From: Candidatus Nanohaloarchaea archaeon
GTDB taxonomy: Archaea > Nanohalarchaeota > Nanosalinia > Nanosalinales > Nanosalinaceae
Direction of reading: 5' to 3'
NCBI GenBank assembly: GCA_041640035.1
Contig: JBEQBC010000001.1
Coordinates: 96,001 to 160,000, forward strand
Length of the DNA stretch: 64,000 nucleotides
Each line of letters begins with the position of its first letter. The stretch's first letter is position 1. The notes beneath the pieces are model-generated. The model made no database searches. It saw only the letters and a program-made list of their open reading frames with translations, and had not been told where the DNA came from. A program made the translations under genes and the position numbers. This document shows positions 54,870 through 64,000 of this stretch, in pieces.

Positions 54870-56243
54870 ATGGTTTTCCCCGCGGTTGAAGGATTCCAAT
54901 TGACAGGATTTCTGATGGAGAGAGGTATCGGCCTCGTCTACCTCCTGGCATTCCTAGTTTTCTACCGCCAGTACCCTGCACTCGTAGGAGAAAACGGTTT
55001 AGAACCGCTGAAAGAAGGAAATGAGATAAGGAAATACTTCAGTATATTCTACTACCTCCAGAAAGACTGGTTCCTCAAAGCCTCAGCAATAACCGGAGTA
55101 ATCCTTTCGACCATTGTTTTATCAGGTCTAACAGAGCTCCTTGGATATAATATCCGTATCATAGTATTTGTTTCTCTATGGATCCTGATCGTATCTTTCA
55201 TCAACTCCGGTGGTATCTTCACAAGGCCTGGCTGGGAGACGATACTGGCGGAAACAGGGTTCATCGCGATCTTCCTGGGAGGTTTATCCTACCAGACGCC
55301 GGATGTAGTTGTATGGATGTTCCGTTGGGTACTTTTCAGGATGATGCTAGGTTCAGCCATAGTGAAGCTTCGAGGAGGAACTGAGTGGACGGATCTGGAT
55401 GCGTTAAAGAATCATTTTGAATCGCAGCCCTTCCCCGGCCCGTTCAGCTACTACCTGAACAATCTTCCTGAAAAAGTACTGGAGTCTGGAGCTGTAGTGA
55501 TGCAGTCAGCTATGATGTTTCTTCCGCTCCTCTACTTTATGCCACAGCCATGGGCAGCGATAGCCGGTTTATTCACTCTTTTGATTCAGTTGATGATCTT
55601 CCTTAGCGGGAACTACGCATGGCTGAATGTAATCACATCGGTGCTAGTCCTGAGTACATTTGATGACAGTATAATATCGTCTTTGACAGGTATTTCTGCT
55701 GGATCAGCTGTTTCAAATCCTTTATCCGGTACAGCAACTTTGGCAGGTCTTTTGATTCTTGTTTTAAGCATCAATCCTGTGCTTAACTTCTTCTCTCGTG
55801 ACCCACATCAGAATATGAGTTACAATCCGTTGCATCTCGCGAACTCATACGGTGCATTCCCGGATGTGACAGAGAATCATAGAGAAATAATTATAGAAGG
55901 GTTTATCGACGGCGAATGGAGGGAATACAAGAATCACAGTTCTTTCAGAGAACAAGAGAGTAGAAATGTTCAGATAGCGCCCTACCAGCACATGATGGAG
56001 TATCTTATGTACTTCCAAGTACACGGCAAGACACCTGATGATCAGTGGCTGGATAAACTACTGGAGAACCTTTTAGAGAGCGACAAGAATACAGAGAGCC
56101 TCTTTGAATCAAAACCTGATAAAGATGACAATCCAGAGAAGATAAGAGCTGTAGAATACATTTACAGATTTGATTACAGTAAATGGGAAATATACTGGGA
56201 AAGAGAATCAGTTCAGGTTCTCAAACAGAAGTCAAGAGACTAG
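54870..56243 (+). CDS. Lipase maturation factor (LMF1)-family membrane protein
   Basis: RGIGLVYL.AF..Q...LVGENGL.P, GWET.L.ETGF, K.RG...W.DL....HFESQP.P, GNYAWLN, NSYGAF. Confidence 0.88.
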   Translation: MVFPAVEGFQLTGFLMERGIGLVYLLAFLVFYRQYPALVGENGLEPLKEGNEIRKYFSIFYYLQKDWFLKASAITGVILSTIVLSGLTELLGYNIRIIVFVSLWILIVSFINSGGIFTRPGWETILAETGFIAIFLGGLSYQTPDVVVWMFRWVLFRMMLGSAIVKLRGGTEWTDLDALKNHFESQPFPGPFSYYLNNLPEKVLESGAVVMQSAMMFLPLLYFMPQPWAAIAGLFTLLIQLMIFLSGNYAWLNVITSVLVLSTFDDSIISSLTGISAGSAVSNPLSGTATLAGLLILVLSINPVLNFFSRDPHQNMSYNPLHLANSYGAFPDVTENHREIIIEGFIDGEWREYKNHSSFREQESRNVQIAPYQHMMEYLMYFQVHGKTPDDQWLDKLLENLLESDKNTESLFESKPDKDDNPEKIRAVEYIYRFDYSKWEIYWERESVQVLKQKSRD

Positions 56244-56722
56244 TAATCTACCGGTTCTCCAAACTCCAGGTCCTTCCAGAAATCTACTTTATCTTTATCC
56301 GGCACATTCAGTGACAGGAAAATTCCATGTGTTACGGCCATACTTTCTTGCTCAGCTTCTTTCAGGAATTTTTTGAACCGTTCTTTCACCTCTTCTTGGT
56401 CTTCCCAGTCGGCCTCTGATCTCCCTGAGAGGTAGTCTTCAACCAGTTCGATGTAACGGTCGTGGTCTTCCACGAATCCTTCTTTGCTGCGGTCGACTTC
56501 GCACAGCAACTGTGTTTTGACCAGTTCTGCATCCGCTTCTTCTGCTATCTTTTCAGCGGTCTTTACTGCTTTGGGTTCTGTGCTTGTGTATACTTTGTCT
56601 ATGTTGAAGCTGTGGTTTTCCACAAATTCTTGACTTGCCTGTTTGCCTTCTTCTGACAGCTCCCATTCCGATACAGGTGTTTCAGGTTCTACTTCTGTCT
56701 GGAAATGCCGTAGAAATCTCAT
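56240..56722 (-). CDS. Histidine phosphatase superfamily protein
   Basis: LRH, W.LS..G, S.E.KA..TA, VTHG. Confidence 0.8.
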   Translation of the reverse strand: MRFLRHFQTEVEPETPVSEWELSEEGKQASQEFVENHSFNIDKVYTSTEPKAVKTAEKIAEEADAELVKTQLLCEVDRSKEGFVEDHDRYIELVEDYLSGRSEADWEDQEEVKERFKKFLKEAEQESMAVTHGIFLSLNVPDKDKVDFWKDLEFGEPVDY

Positions 56723-56727
56723 TTTCT

Positions 56728-57171
56728 CTAGAAAGGTGCTTTTTTGACTTTTTCAAGGAACTGAGACTGGTTTTTCCGGTCTCTAAGTCTCTGTGCTTCT
56801 CCGCTGTGTACATAGTCCTTTAGTTTGTCTGGTCCGACCCATTTTACTTCTTTGAGGTCGTCCAGTGCTTCTGCGTTTTTGGTTTCTGCTTCGCAGTGGA
56901 ATACTATCTGTAAGGAGTCTTTTTCTTCTCCGTCCCATGGAAAGGTCATGACATCGACGGTTTGATGTACTTCTACTTCCAGGCCGGTTTCCTCTTCTAC
57001 TTCTCTTTCGATCGCTTCCTCAACCTGTTCTCCGTGTTCGAGGTGTCCGCCAAGAAGATGCCATTCCTCGCTTATCGGGTGTCCAGGTGTTTCTTCCTTT
57101 TTTCCTATCAGGAACTCTCCTTTATGTGTTATCAAGCCTTTGACCACGGTTCTGAATTTTTCTTCACTCAT
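56728..57171 (-). CDS. Nudix hydrolase
   Basis: GGHLEHGEQVEEAIEREVEEETGL. Confidence 0.9.
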   Translation of the reverse strand: MSEEKFRTVVKGLITHKGEFLIGKKEETPGHPISEEWHLLGGHLEHGEQVEEAIEREVEEETGLEVEVHQTVDVMTFPWDGEEKDSLQIVFHCEAETKNAEALDDLKEVKWVGPDKLKDYVHSGEAQRLRDRKNQSQFLEKVKKAPF

Positions 57172-57205
57172 TCTTCTATCCTCTTACTGTGTAATTAATC
57201 TTCAA

Positions 57206-57637
57206 TTATCTTAAGGATTCATCGCCGGATAACTCATTCAGCTTTCTGAGGTCCTCCTTCAAACCTTTCACTGTTTCAAATTCATCCAGATCTTCAGGCT
57301 CAACCCATCGGTATTCCGTATGTTCAGAGTTCAATTCGGGTTCATCCCCGGTTCTGAACAGTACAGGATGTATCCTGAACTTTCCGTCAACAGTCTCCAC
57401 GATGAAGCTTTCCCCTGTCTGGAAAGGTTTTTCCTTCAGTTTTGTTTCCTCTTTGAGTTCTCGTCGAGCTGCTTCCGCAGCATTTTCGTCTTTTCCCTCT
57501 ATTTTTCCGCCCGGGAAGTTCCATTTTCCAGGCTGTATATCTGTATCTGTGGTCCTTTTAGCTAGAAGATACTTCTTCGAGTCTTTCTTCTTGACTACTG
57601 CTGTCGCTACTTCTGTAACGCTGATCTCTTTTTTCAC
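57206..57637 (-). CDS. Nudix hydrolase
   Basis: [24 protein letters not shown]; [10 protein letters not shown]. Confidence 0.9.
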   Translation of the reverse strand: MKKEISVTEVATAVVKKKDSKKYLLAKRTTDTDIQPGKWNFPGGKIEGKDENAAEAARRELKEETKLKEKPFQTGESFIVETVDGKFRIHPVLFRTGDEPELNSEHTEYRWVEPEDLDEFETVKGLKEDLRKLNELSGDESLR

Positions 57638-58035
57638 CTGAAGTTTATGCCGAGTGATTCAAGCTCTTTTTCTACTCCTGCGACTGTTTCAATGTCTTTG
57701 AAGTATTTTTTCTTCACCCACTGGTGGTCCTGATGTTCTCTGCTTAACTCGACCTCTTTCTCCTCTACAACTGCTAGAAAAGGATGTATCTCGAGAACTC
57801 CTCTATCAAGATGTACCTTACCTGATTCCCCGGTCTGGACGATCTTGCCCTTCAGTCCAGTTTCTTCCTCAAGCTCCCGAAGTGCTGCCTGCCGGGGTGT
57901 TTCACCATCTTCTACTCCTCCGCCAGGAAACTCCCATTTACCTGAACGGTCCTTGGATTCAGCTATCTTCATAAGTAGAAATTTCTCTTCTTCTGGATGG
58001 TATACAACTGTTTTTGCAGCTCTGTGATCTACCAA
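57634..58035 (-). CDS. Nudix hydrolase
   Basis: [25 protein letters not shown]; [10 protein letters not shown]. Confidence 0.9.
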   Translation of the reverse strand: MVDHRAAKTVVYHPEEEKFLLMKIAESKDRSGKWEFPGGGVEDGETPRQAALRELEEETGLKGKIVQTGESGKVHLDRGVLEIHPFLAVVEEKEVELSREHQDHQWVKKKYFKDIETVAGVEKELESLGINFR

Positions 58036-58045
58036 GGAAATTTTT

Positions 58046-58843
58046 TCACCTCAGATTCAGGTTTTCAAGTGCCTGAAGTTCTCCCAGTGTTTCCTTCTCA
58101 CTGAGTTTCTCCAGCTTTATCCATTCATAGTCGCTGTGCTCACTGTCCAGAACCGGATCCTCATCCTCTACTTTAACTAGGAAGGAAAAGATACGCCAGT
58201 ATCCGAGCTGTCCTTCATCAATATATGGTTCTCCTTTCTTCTTGATCTCGCCGTGAAGCTTTGTTTCTTCCTCCAGTTCCCGTAGAACTGCTGCTTTTCC
58301 GTCTTCATGGTTCTCTATCTTTCCACCAGGGAAGCTCCAGAAACCGGAGCTTGTGTTTGATTCCGATCTTTTCATCAAAAGATATTTCTGCCCGTTGTAC
58401 GGTACTGCGATCGAGACATCTCCGTTAACTATACCCAGGTTTTTCAGGGCTTCAAACTGGCCTAATGTATCGTGACTGTAGAAATCCTTCACATCTACCC
58501 ATTCGTATTTGCTGTGGTCCGGCATTTCAGACAGCTGTATATCCGAGAAAGTATCCTTTTTCACTATGAGTTCCATGGGGTTGAGGACAAACTTTCCGTC
58601 CTCTTCGCTTCTGTAGCTTTCTCCGTGCCTGTAATCGATCACATCTTCTACAGTGATGCCTACGCCGGTTTCTTCACGGAGTTCTCTTAGTCCGGCTTCT
58701 AGTATATCTTCGTTTTCCTCTAGTTTGCCACCCAAGAACTCCCAGTAACTGTCTCTCTTCCTTTTACCCATCAGAAGCTTGTCTTTGCTTCCTCTTCTGC
58801 GGACGACGCATTGAACCACTTGCTGTCTTTTCCTGACATCCAT
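58046..58843 (-). CDS. Tandem two-domain Nudix hydrolase
   Basis: Two Nudix boxes ([16 protein letters not shown]; [16 protein letters not shown]). Confidence 0.88.
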   Translation of the reverse strand: MDVRKRQQVVQCVVRRRGSKDKLLMGKRKRDSYWEFLGGKLEENEDILEAGLRELREETGVGITVEDVIDYRHGESYRSEEDGKFVLNPMELIVKKDTFSDIQLSEMPDHSKYEWVDVKDFYSHDTLGQFEALKNLGIVNGDVSIAVPYNGQKYLLMKRSESNTSSGFWSFPGGKIENHEDGKAAVLRELEEETKLHGEIKKKGEPYIDEGQLGYWRIFSFLVKVEDEDPVLDSEHSDYEWIKLEKLSEKETLGELQALENLNLR

Positions 58844-58907
58844 GAAACTGGTTAACCGTATTCCTTATTCAAGTCTTTTTCGGATAGAAAATAGGGGAGA
58901 GTACATT

Positions 58908-59399
58908 TTAATCCAGGTCTTTGATCATCATAGTCCGCTCTTTCCTGAAATCCTTCTTTTCGTAAAGTTCTATAGCTGAACGGTTACGGACATTAACCGA
59001 TAAACGGATCATATCGAAACCCTGTTTCCGGCTGAAATCCTCGATTCTCTCAAGCAGCTTGGAAGCAACGCCTTTCCGTCTGTGCTCCTTTCTGACAAAA
59101 AGTTCATGTATATGACCATAGCTATCTCTCTCAAATACAGGTCTGGCAGTCCGCTTCTCCATACTGATGAAACCCATGAGCTCACCATTCTCCTTAGCTA
59201 TCAGAAAAGTATGTTTATCCTTCCTCAACCGGTCAGTAAAGTATTTGACAGCATTAGCTCTTACTTCTGAATCTGCCAAACGGTTAAAGTCGGATAACTC
59301 CTCCATCTCCTTCGCCAAGGGGGTCCACAGACGGTCAACTAGCTCCTCAGCATCTGATTTATCAGCTTCAAATACCTTCATCAAGACTCTGTTAAGCAA
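58908..59399 (-). CDS. GNAT acetyltransferase
   Basis: IHELFV...RRKGVASKLL, N.SA..LYEK..F; start may be ATG 59381. Confidence 0.88.
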   Translation of the reverse strand: MLNRVLMKVFEADKSDAEELVDRLWTPLAKEMEELSDFNRLADSEVRANAVKYFTDRLRKDKHTFLIAKENGELMGFISMEKRTARPVFERDSYGHIHELFVRKEHRRKGVASKLLERIEDFSRKQGFDMIRLSVNVRNRSAIELYEKKDFRKERTMMIKDLD

Positions 59400-59539
59400 G
59401 AATTGCGGTAACCCTATTGAAAAAGCAGTGTGTCAGAGGACTTTTCTTATTAGAATTTACTAGTTTTCAACTTAGAAGAATTCTTGAAGAGAAGACGGAG
59501 AGAAAAAATTGTCTGAAGAAGTAAGGAAAAGGATAGATG

Positions 59540-59947
59540 CTATGGTAAATTAATCACAAACATCCAATGGTAGATAACTAGAGCACTTGATATCATTAGG
59601 CTTAGTACAAGCGTTGTAGATATTGCTTCTTTTCTTATTTCCTCCTCTTCGGTCTTTATCTCCACATATTTTTCTATATCGAAGTAACTGTTTAGCTTAT
59701 TCGTAATGTCGTAACTTGCTCTCATAATCTGCCAAGTAAATACGATTAGAAGCATAGTGGGAAAGAAACCGAAAAGTATAGATTGTATCAGTCTATCAAA
59801 GAATGTCAATGACAGGAAATAATCTTCCACCGTAAATAGAAGTAGTGAATATCCGTTCAGAAACATTGAAAGTGCTTGGATGGGTACATCATCCTCTATA
59901 TAGTCGCTCAACATATTCCAATAATCGCTCAAAAAACTCTCTTTCAT
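59540..59947 (-). CDS. AT-rich membrane protein
   Basis: Three hydrophobic segments; visibly lower GC than flanks. Confidence 0.5.
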   Translation of the reverse strand: MKESFLSDYWNMLSDYIEDDVPIQALSMFLNGYSLLLFTVEDYFLSLTFFDRLIQSILFGFFPTMLLIVFTWQIMRASYDITNKLNSYFDIEKYVEIKTEEEEIRKEAISTTLVLSLMISSALVIYHWMFVINLP

Positions 59948-60199
59948 GGAAAAAATTTGAGACTTGATTTTTACATATGTAAATATCTTCCATTGGAGGA
60001 TAGTCTACATACGACTCATTATGAAAAATAGTTCTCTTTTTGTGAATAGTCGGATTTACCTGTATCTTCTTTTTTGAAACTTTTTTGGTACTACCTCAAA
60101 TAATTATTTCGTCTGTTATTCTCAGAAATACAATTAGGTTATAATATCATCGGATGTCAGCCTCACAAACCTTGAAAACCTTAAATTCCGACAGAAGAG

Positions 60200-60270
60200 A
60201 GCCGGGACAGGGATTTGCACCCTGGTAGGCGGCTTTGCAGGCCGCTGCATAACTCCTCTGCCATCCCGGC
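60200..60270 (-). tRNA. tRNA-Cys(GCA)
   Basis: Reverse complement GCCGGGA/TCCCGGC + U73; arm GCGGC-CTGCAAA-GCCGC. Confidence 0.92.
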
Positions 60271-60408
60271 GAACAGCCTCTGTATACTTTTTACGGGTTA
60301 GAAGTTTTTTAATAAGAAGAGGTGGTGCTTTCCTCGAGGGAAGTTTCGAATTTTTAACTTTTGGGTGCAGAAATTTCTACACCTAACTCGGGGGAGAAAC
60401 GATAAATT

Positions 60409-61215
60409 ATGAAAGTTGAAATACTCGGAAATGTCCAGGACGGAGGAGTACCTCATCTTGGATGTGAATGTGATGTATGTGAAGCAGCAAGAGAGGACCA
60501 GCGAAACCAGAAATATGTAGGAGCCTTGATGGTCAAGGAAAACGATGCCAAAGATACTATTCGATATCTGATTGATGCCACCCCTGACATCAAGTACCAG
60601 ATTAAGGGCGACTATCTAGACGGCGTATTCCTCAGCCACGGACACTTGGGACATATCGCAGGACTACCTTTCTTCGGAACAGAGAGCCTGGACACCAACC
60701 AATTATCAGTTTTCTGTACACCTGAGATGCGGCAGTTCATCATGAACAACGACCCATTCAGACTGCTCGTCGACAGAAACCAGATCGAGATAGAGAAGAA
60801 ATCCCATGGTGACGAAGTCGAGGTTCAGGGAGGTTCAATCGAGTTCAGGAATGTACTCCACCGATATGTTAATACTGACACAACATCCTTCATGATCGAG
60901 GGAGAAGACAAGAAACTGTACTATCTCACTGATATCGACGAATGGACAGATGAAGCAGCCCAAAGCGTCAGAGAAGCTGACATAGCAATCGTTGATGGAA
61001 CTTTCTGGACCAAGGACGAGATCGGACGGTACGAAGAAGTACCACACCCAACGATCAAGGAATCGATGGAACGGTTCGATGACAGCGACACAGAAATCTA
61101 CTTCACACACCTCAACCACACCAACCCAGTCCTCAGAGAAGACAGCGAAGAAAGACAAGAACTAGAAGACAAAGGATACCATGTCGCAGAAAAAGGAATA
61201 GAAATCGAACTCTGA
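60409..61215 (+). CDS. PqqB-like metallo-beta-lactamase fold protein
   Basis: LGNVQDGGVPH.GC.C..C, DATPD, SHGHLGH, DIDEW, VDGTF, HLNHTNP. Confidence 0.85.
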   Translation: MKVEILGNVQDGGVPHLGCECDVCEAAREDQRNQKYVGALMVKENDAKDTIRYLIDATPDIKYQIKGDYLDGVFLSHGHLGHIAGLPFFGTESLDTNQLSVFCTPEMRQFIMNNDPFRLLVDRNQIEIEKKSHGDEVEVQGGSIEFRNVLHRYVNTDTTSFMIEGEDKKLYYLTDIDEWTDEAAQSVREADIAIVDGTFWTKDEIGRYEEVPHPTIKESMERFDDSDTEIYFTHLNHTNPVLREDSEERQELEDKGYHVAEKGIEIEL

Positions 61216-61217
61216 AT

Positions 61218-62177
61218 TTATTCTATTCCAATTAAATGTTCATCTTTCTTACATGCTTTTTCGATATCCTCTTTCTCAATTACGCCCTCTCTATTAAAAA
61301 AGAATCTTCTATCTTCTTCGCTCATTTTATTAAGAGCTGAAGAAGTAATCTCTATTTCCTTGCCTTGATGACCGTTTTTGACCGTTCCTGCAGCGATTTT
61401 TAAATTAATAGAGTCATCAATCATTTGCAGCGAAAATTCTCCCAGATCCACGCTCATACTCGGAGGTAGCTCCTCATAACCTTTATTTCCTAGAAAGTAT
61501 GTTCCGTTGAGTACTTTGTCACTTAATCCGGTAAAATTTGATATGTCTGCAGCATCCTCATTCATCTTCAGTAGCAAATGTGATTTTTCTGCACCAATTT
61601 CTCCATCATTATATACACCTATAGAAATTTTGTACTCTTTCTTAGATTGCAATAAACTATTGCTTACTTCGAAGAAGGGAAGTATTTTAGGTTTTCTTCT
61701 CCTGTTGAATAGGGCCTCAACCTGTCCATGAGGTGCGGGTACGCTTCTGTTTTTCAATCGGATATAATAGGTGTTTTTAGAATGTGTGGACATGTGAGGC
61801 GGGTTTTCACTTTGAGGAACCTCTATTACAGCTGCTGATTTATCATCATAGGTCTCTATTTCGAAAATTCTGATGTTATTTTCATATGGATCAATATTAT
61901 CAGAGATTAATTGACTTATTCGTTCCGTATCCAAATTTTTTTCAAGTAAATCTAAATCTCTTGGGCTACCGTCATCGTCTTCTTCGATACCGAAAATTAT
62001 CACGCCTCCATCCGTATTGAGGAAAGCTGAGACTTCTTTGGCAAGTTTTGAATTTCCCAAAAACTCAATACTTTTGTATTCCAAATTTCCAGACTCCTTC
62101 ACATTATTATTGACTAATTTCTTCAAGTCTTCAGCGTCTAAATTTTTAGGTTTCTTCCCTAATACCTGAGTTGTCAT
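61218..62177 (-). CDS. Schlafen/AlbA_2-domain protein with beta-rich C-terminal domain
   Basis: ESGNLEYKS, AKEVSAFLNTDGGVIIFGI, IEVP.S..PPH..YYIR. Confidence 0.85.
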   Translation of the reverse strand: MTTQVLGKKPKNLDAEDLKKLVNNNVKESGNLEYKSIEFLGNSKLAKEVSAFLNTDGGVIIFGIEEDDDGSPRDLDLLEKNLDTERISQLISDNIDPYENNIRIFEIETYDDKSAAVIEVPQSENPPHMSTHSKNTYYIRLKNRSVPAPHGQVEALFNRRRKPKILPFFEVSNSLLQSKKEYKISIGVYNDGEIGAEKSHLLLKMNEDAADISNFTGLSDKVLNGTYFLGNKGYEELPPSMSVDLGEFSLQMIDDSINLKIAAGTVKNGHQGKEIEITSSALNKMSEEDRRFFFNREGVIEKEDIEKACKKDEHLIGIE

Positions 62178-62265
62178 AGAAAAATTAGGTGAAATTAATG
62201 CTTATGTCTTTTACTGAAAAGGGTATCCCTCCGACTTTTAACCTTTCCAGTCTGTAATGTTTCTA

Positions 62266-62535
62266 TGGGTAGGCTGGGCGGTTCGGGGTCGCCTGTAACC
62301 CGGAAATCCTCTACATGCCGGGAGCCGAAAATCAGGGAGAGGCATCGATGAATCGTTGCCGGTCCCTGGATATATTCCTGACGATCCGTCCTCCGGGGTG
62401 CTGCCTGGTGTGAACCAGGTCAGGCCTTGACGGGAGCAGCCTTAAGCATCAGGTAGTATGTTCGGAGGGTGGCGGATCCGAGATATATCCGGGGAATCAC
62501 CGGCACGGTGCGTCGTGTCCATCCCTGAGAACCCA
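62266..62535 (+). ncRNA. ffs: Signal recognition particle (7S) RNA
   Basis: Helix 1 TGGGT/ACCCA, Alu TGTAACCC motif, helix 8 GGTCAGG..AGCAGCC SRP54 site. Confidence 0.9.
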
Positions 62536-62559
62536 CTACTGTTTACACTTTGAAGTATA

Positions 62560-63204
62560 ATGATCGATATCTACGGTACCTCACATGTCTCACACGAGAG
62601 CATAGACAAAATAGAAGAAGCACTCAACGATAATGACTATGATATAGTCGCCCTGGAACTCGACCCACAGAGACTTCACGCACTACAGCAACAAGGAGAA
62701 ACCAGTTCAGAAGGCTCACCTGTATTTCTAAGACTTATAAGATACTTCCAGAAAGCTATAGGCAAACGCACAGGAGTCATGCCCGGCGAAGAAATGCTTC
62801 ACGCATACAACAAAGCATTGGATACAGGAAAAGATGTAGCACTTATCGACCAGGATATACAGTTAACTCTCGGCCGGTTAAACAGTATCAGCCGGAAGGA
62901 AAAAGTCAAAGCCGGTTTCTCCATGATAGCAGGACTATTTGTAGGCGAAAGATTCGATGTTAGCAAGATACCGGAGGAAGATCAGATCAGTCAGATGACA
63001 GAGGAACTGGAAGACGCGTTTCCCGGACTTTATCAGGTACTGATACAGGAAAGAAACGAGTACATGTATAGATCACTGAAACAGCTTCAGGAAAACAACC
63101 CTGAAAAAGATATAGCTGCGTTCGTAGGCGCAGGACACAGAAAAGCATTGGAGGATATGCTAGATGAGAGCGATCGTCAAAGTAGTCTGGAAGAACACAA
63201 GTAA
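62560..63204 (+). CDS. TraB-domain protein
   Basis: GTSHVS.ES, VALELD..R, PGEEM, ALIDQDI, ERN.YM, VGAGH. Confidence 0.9.
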   Translation: MIDIYGTSHVSHESIDKIEEALNDNDYDIVALELDPQRLHALQQQGETSSEGSPVFLRLIRYFQKAIGKRTGVMPGEEMLHAYNKALDTGKDVALIDQDIQLTLGRLNSISRKEKVKAGFSMIAGLFVGERFDVSKIPEEDQISQMTEELEDAFPGLYQVLIQERNEYMYRSLKQLQENNPEKDIAAFVGAGHRKALEDMLDESDRQSSLEEHK

Positions 63205-63913
63205 AGGCTGGAAAGCAGTTCTAAAAACAACTGACGGAACAGGTTTCGACCACCAGGGACTTGAACCTGGAAGAGAACTCAGCATGGAGATCAAAAATGA
63301 ACGCCGATGTACAGGCTACGCGCCTGAAAAAGGGGAAAGAACAGTCTGCCCGGAATTCAGAGAGATACAGAGCGGAAGCCAGTGCCCGGAATGCAGAGGA
63401 AAAGATATCTACTCAGGATATGTCAGAGGCGACCGGAACACGGATCTTGAAGGCGAATTCTCGGTTTACCTGGCACAGATAGGCAGAAAAGTAAAGGTAG
63501 GAGTCACCAGGTCGGAGAAGATCCCGAAGAGATGGATCGAACAGGGAGCGGACTACGGCGCAGAACTTGAATCAGGACTAGCTGCTTCTGAAGCACTTGA
63601 AAAAGAGCAGAATATCTCCGAGGAAAATGATATCACGGAGAGGATAAGGAAGGAGAGCAAGATTCAGGAGAAGTCGGAGCAACTTATACAGGGAGAAATT
63701 GAGGATCTGGGATATGATTCCAGTGTGGTGGATGTTCAGGAGCTGACTGTCTACGATGATATCAGTTTGCCGAGTTTGAGCCGTTCAGGTGTTCTTAGAG
63801 GCGAGATTAGATCGGTTAAAGGACAGATAATCATGACGGACAGGATAGCTATGGCGATGACGGAGGGTAAAATTATAGAGCCTCCCAGCCAGAAAGGGCT
63901 TGAAAACTTCTGA
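63164..63913 (+). CDS. DUF2797-family protein
   Basis: RRC.G..CP..QCPEC zinc site, VYLA..KVGVTR..RWIEQGA, KGQ. Confidence 0.8.
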   Translation: MRAIVKVVWKNTSKGWKAVLKTTDGTGFDHQGLEPGRELSMEIKNERRCTGYAPEKGERTVCPEFREIQSGSQCPECRGKDIYSGYVRGDRNTDLEGEFSVYLAQIGRKVKVGVTRSEKIPKRWIEQGADYGAELESGLAASEALEKEQNISEENDITERIRKESKIQEKSEQLIQGEIEDLGYDSSVVDVQELTVYDDISLPSLSRSGVLRGEIRSVKGQIIMTDRIAMAMTEGKIIEPPSQKGLENF

Positions 63914-64000
63914 AATATGCTATTTTTAATGCAAGAACTATCTATTACTGAACTATGTTGAAAACAGTATTCCGTTACCTGGTATCTCTTCTTTTACTTC

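Noticed and set aside
59400-60199. Possible element integrated at the tRNA-Cys 3' end
   Set aside because: AT-rich, but no integrase and no duplicated tRNA end seen in the window
63178-63204. PIP-like QSSLEEH at the TraB C-terminus
   Set aside because: Lacks the terminal aromatic residue and is constrained by overlap with the DUF2797 gene
1-64000. CRISPR arrays, IS elements, provirus, stop-codon reassignment
   Set aside because: No repeat-spacer array, transposase, integrase or capsid gene recognised; conserved genes are full length under the standard code and all three stop codons are used

Overview
Gene-dense archaeal chromosomal segment. The acidic (Asp/Glu-rich) proteome, moderate GC, mostly leaderless genes with TATA boxes about 26 nt before ATG, GGAGG/GGTGA Shine-Dalgarno sites in operons, an archaeal histone and a stand-alone 5S rRNA best fit a DPANN extreme halophile (Nanohaloarchaeota; inference). 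It carries ileS, cysS, thiI, four tRNAs (Pro-TGG, Tyr-GTA, Ser-CGA, Cys-GCA), 5S rRNA, SRP RNA and many UV/oxidative-stress and repair genes (PolB2 operon, two photolyase-family genes, Nth, UDG, DinB, HD dNTPase, Nudix array, MsrB, OsmC, peroxiredoxin, multicopper oxidase). It also has a GH31 glycosidase, an ABC transporter operon and an AT-rich Schlafen/AlbA_2 gene. No CRISPR array, transposase or integrase was recognised. Best novel candidate: a leaderless 11-codon Cys-containing uORF inside a 10-bp long-range hairpin abutting the cysS ribosome-binding site, which looks like a Cys-tRNA-sensing translational attenuator. Also notable: apparent ATC/ATA start codons, loss of Fe-S ligands in three repair enzymes, a helix-6-less SRP RNA with a UGAC tetraloop, a shortened 5S rRNA, a HIT protein with Tyr at the nucleophile position and a five-domain Nudix array. 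All calls were made by eye; no database search was run.
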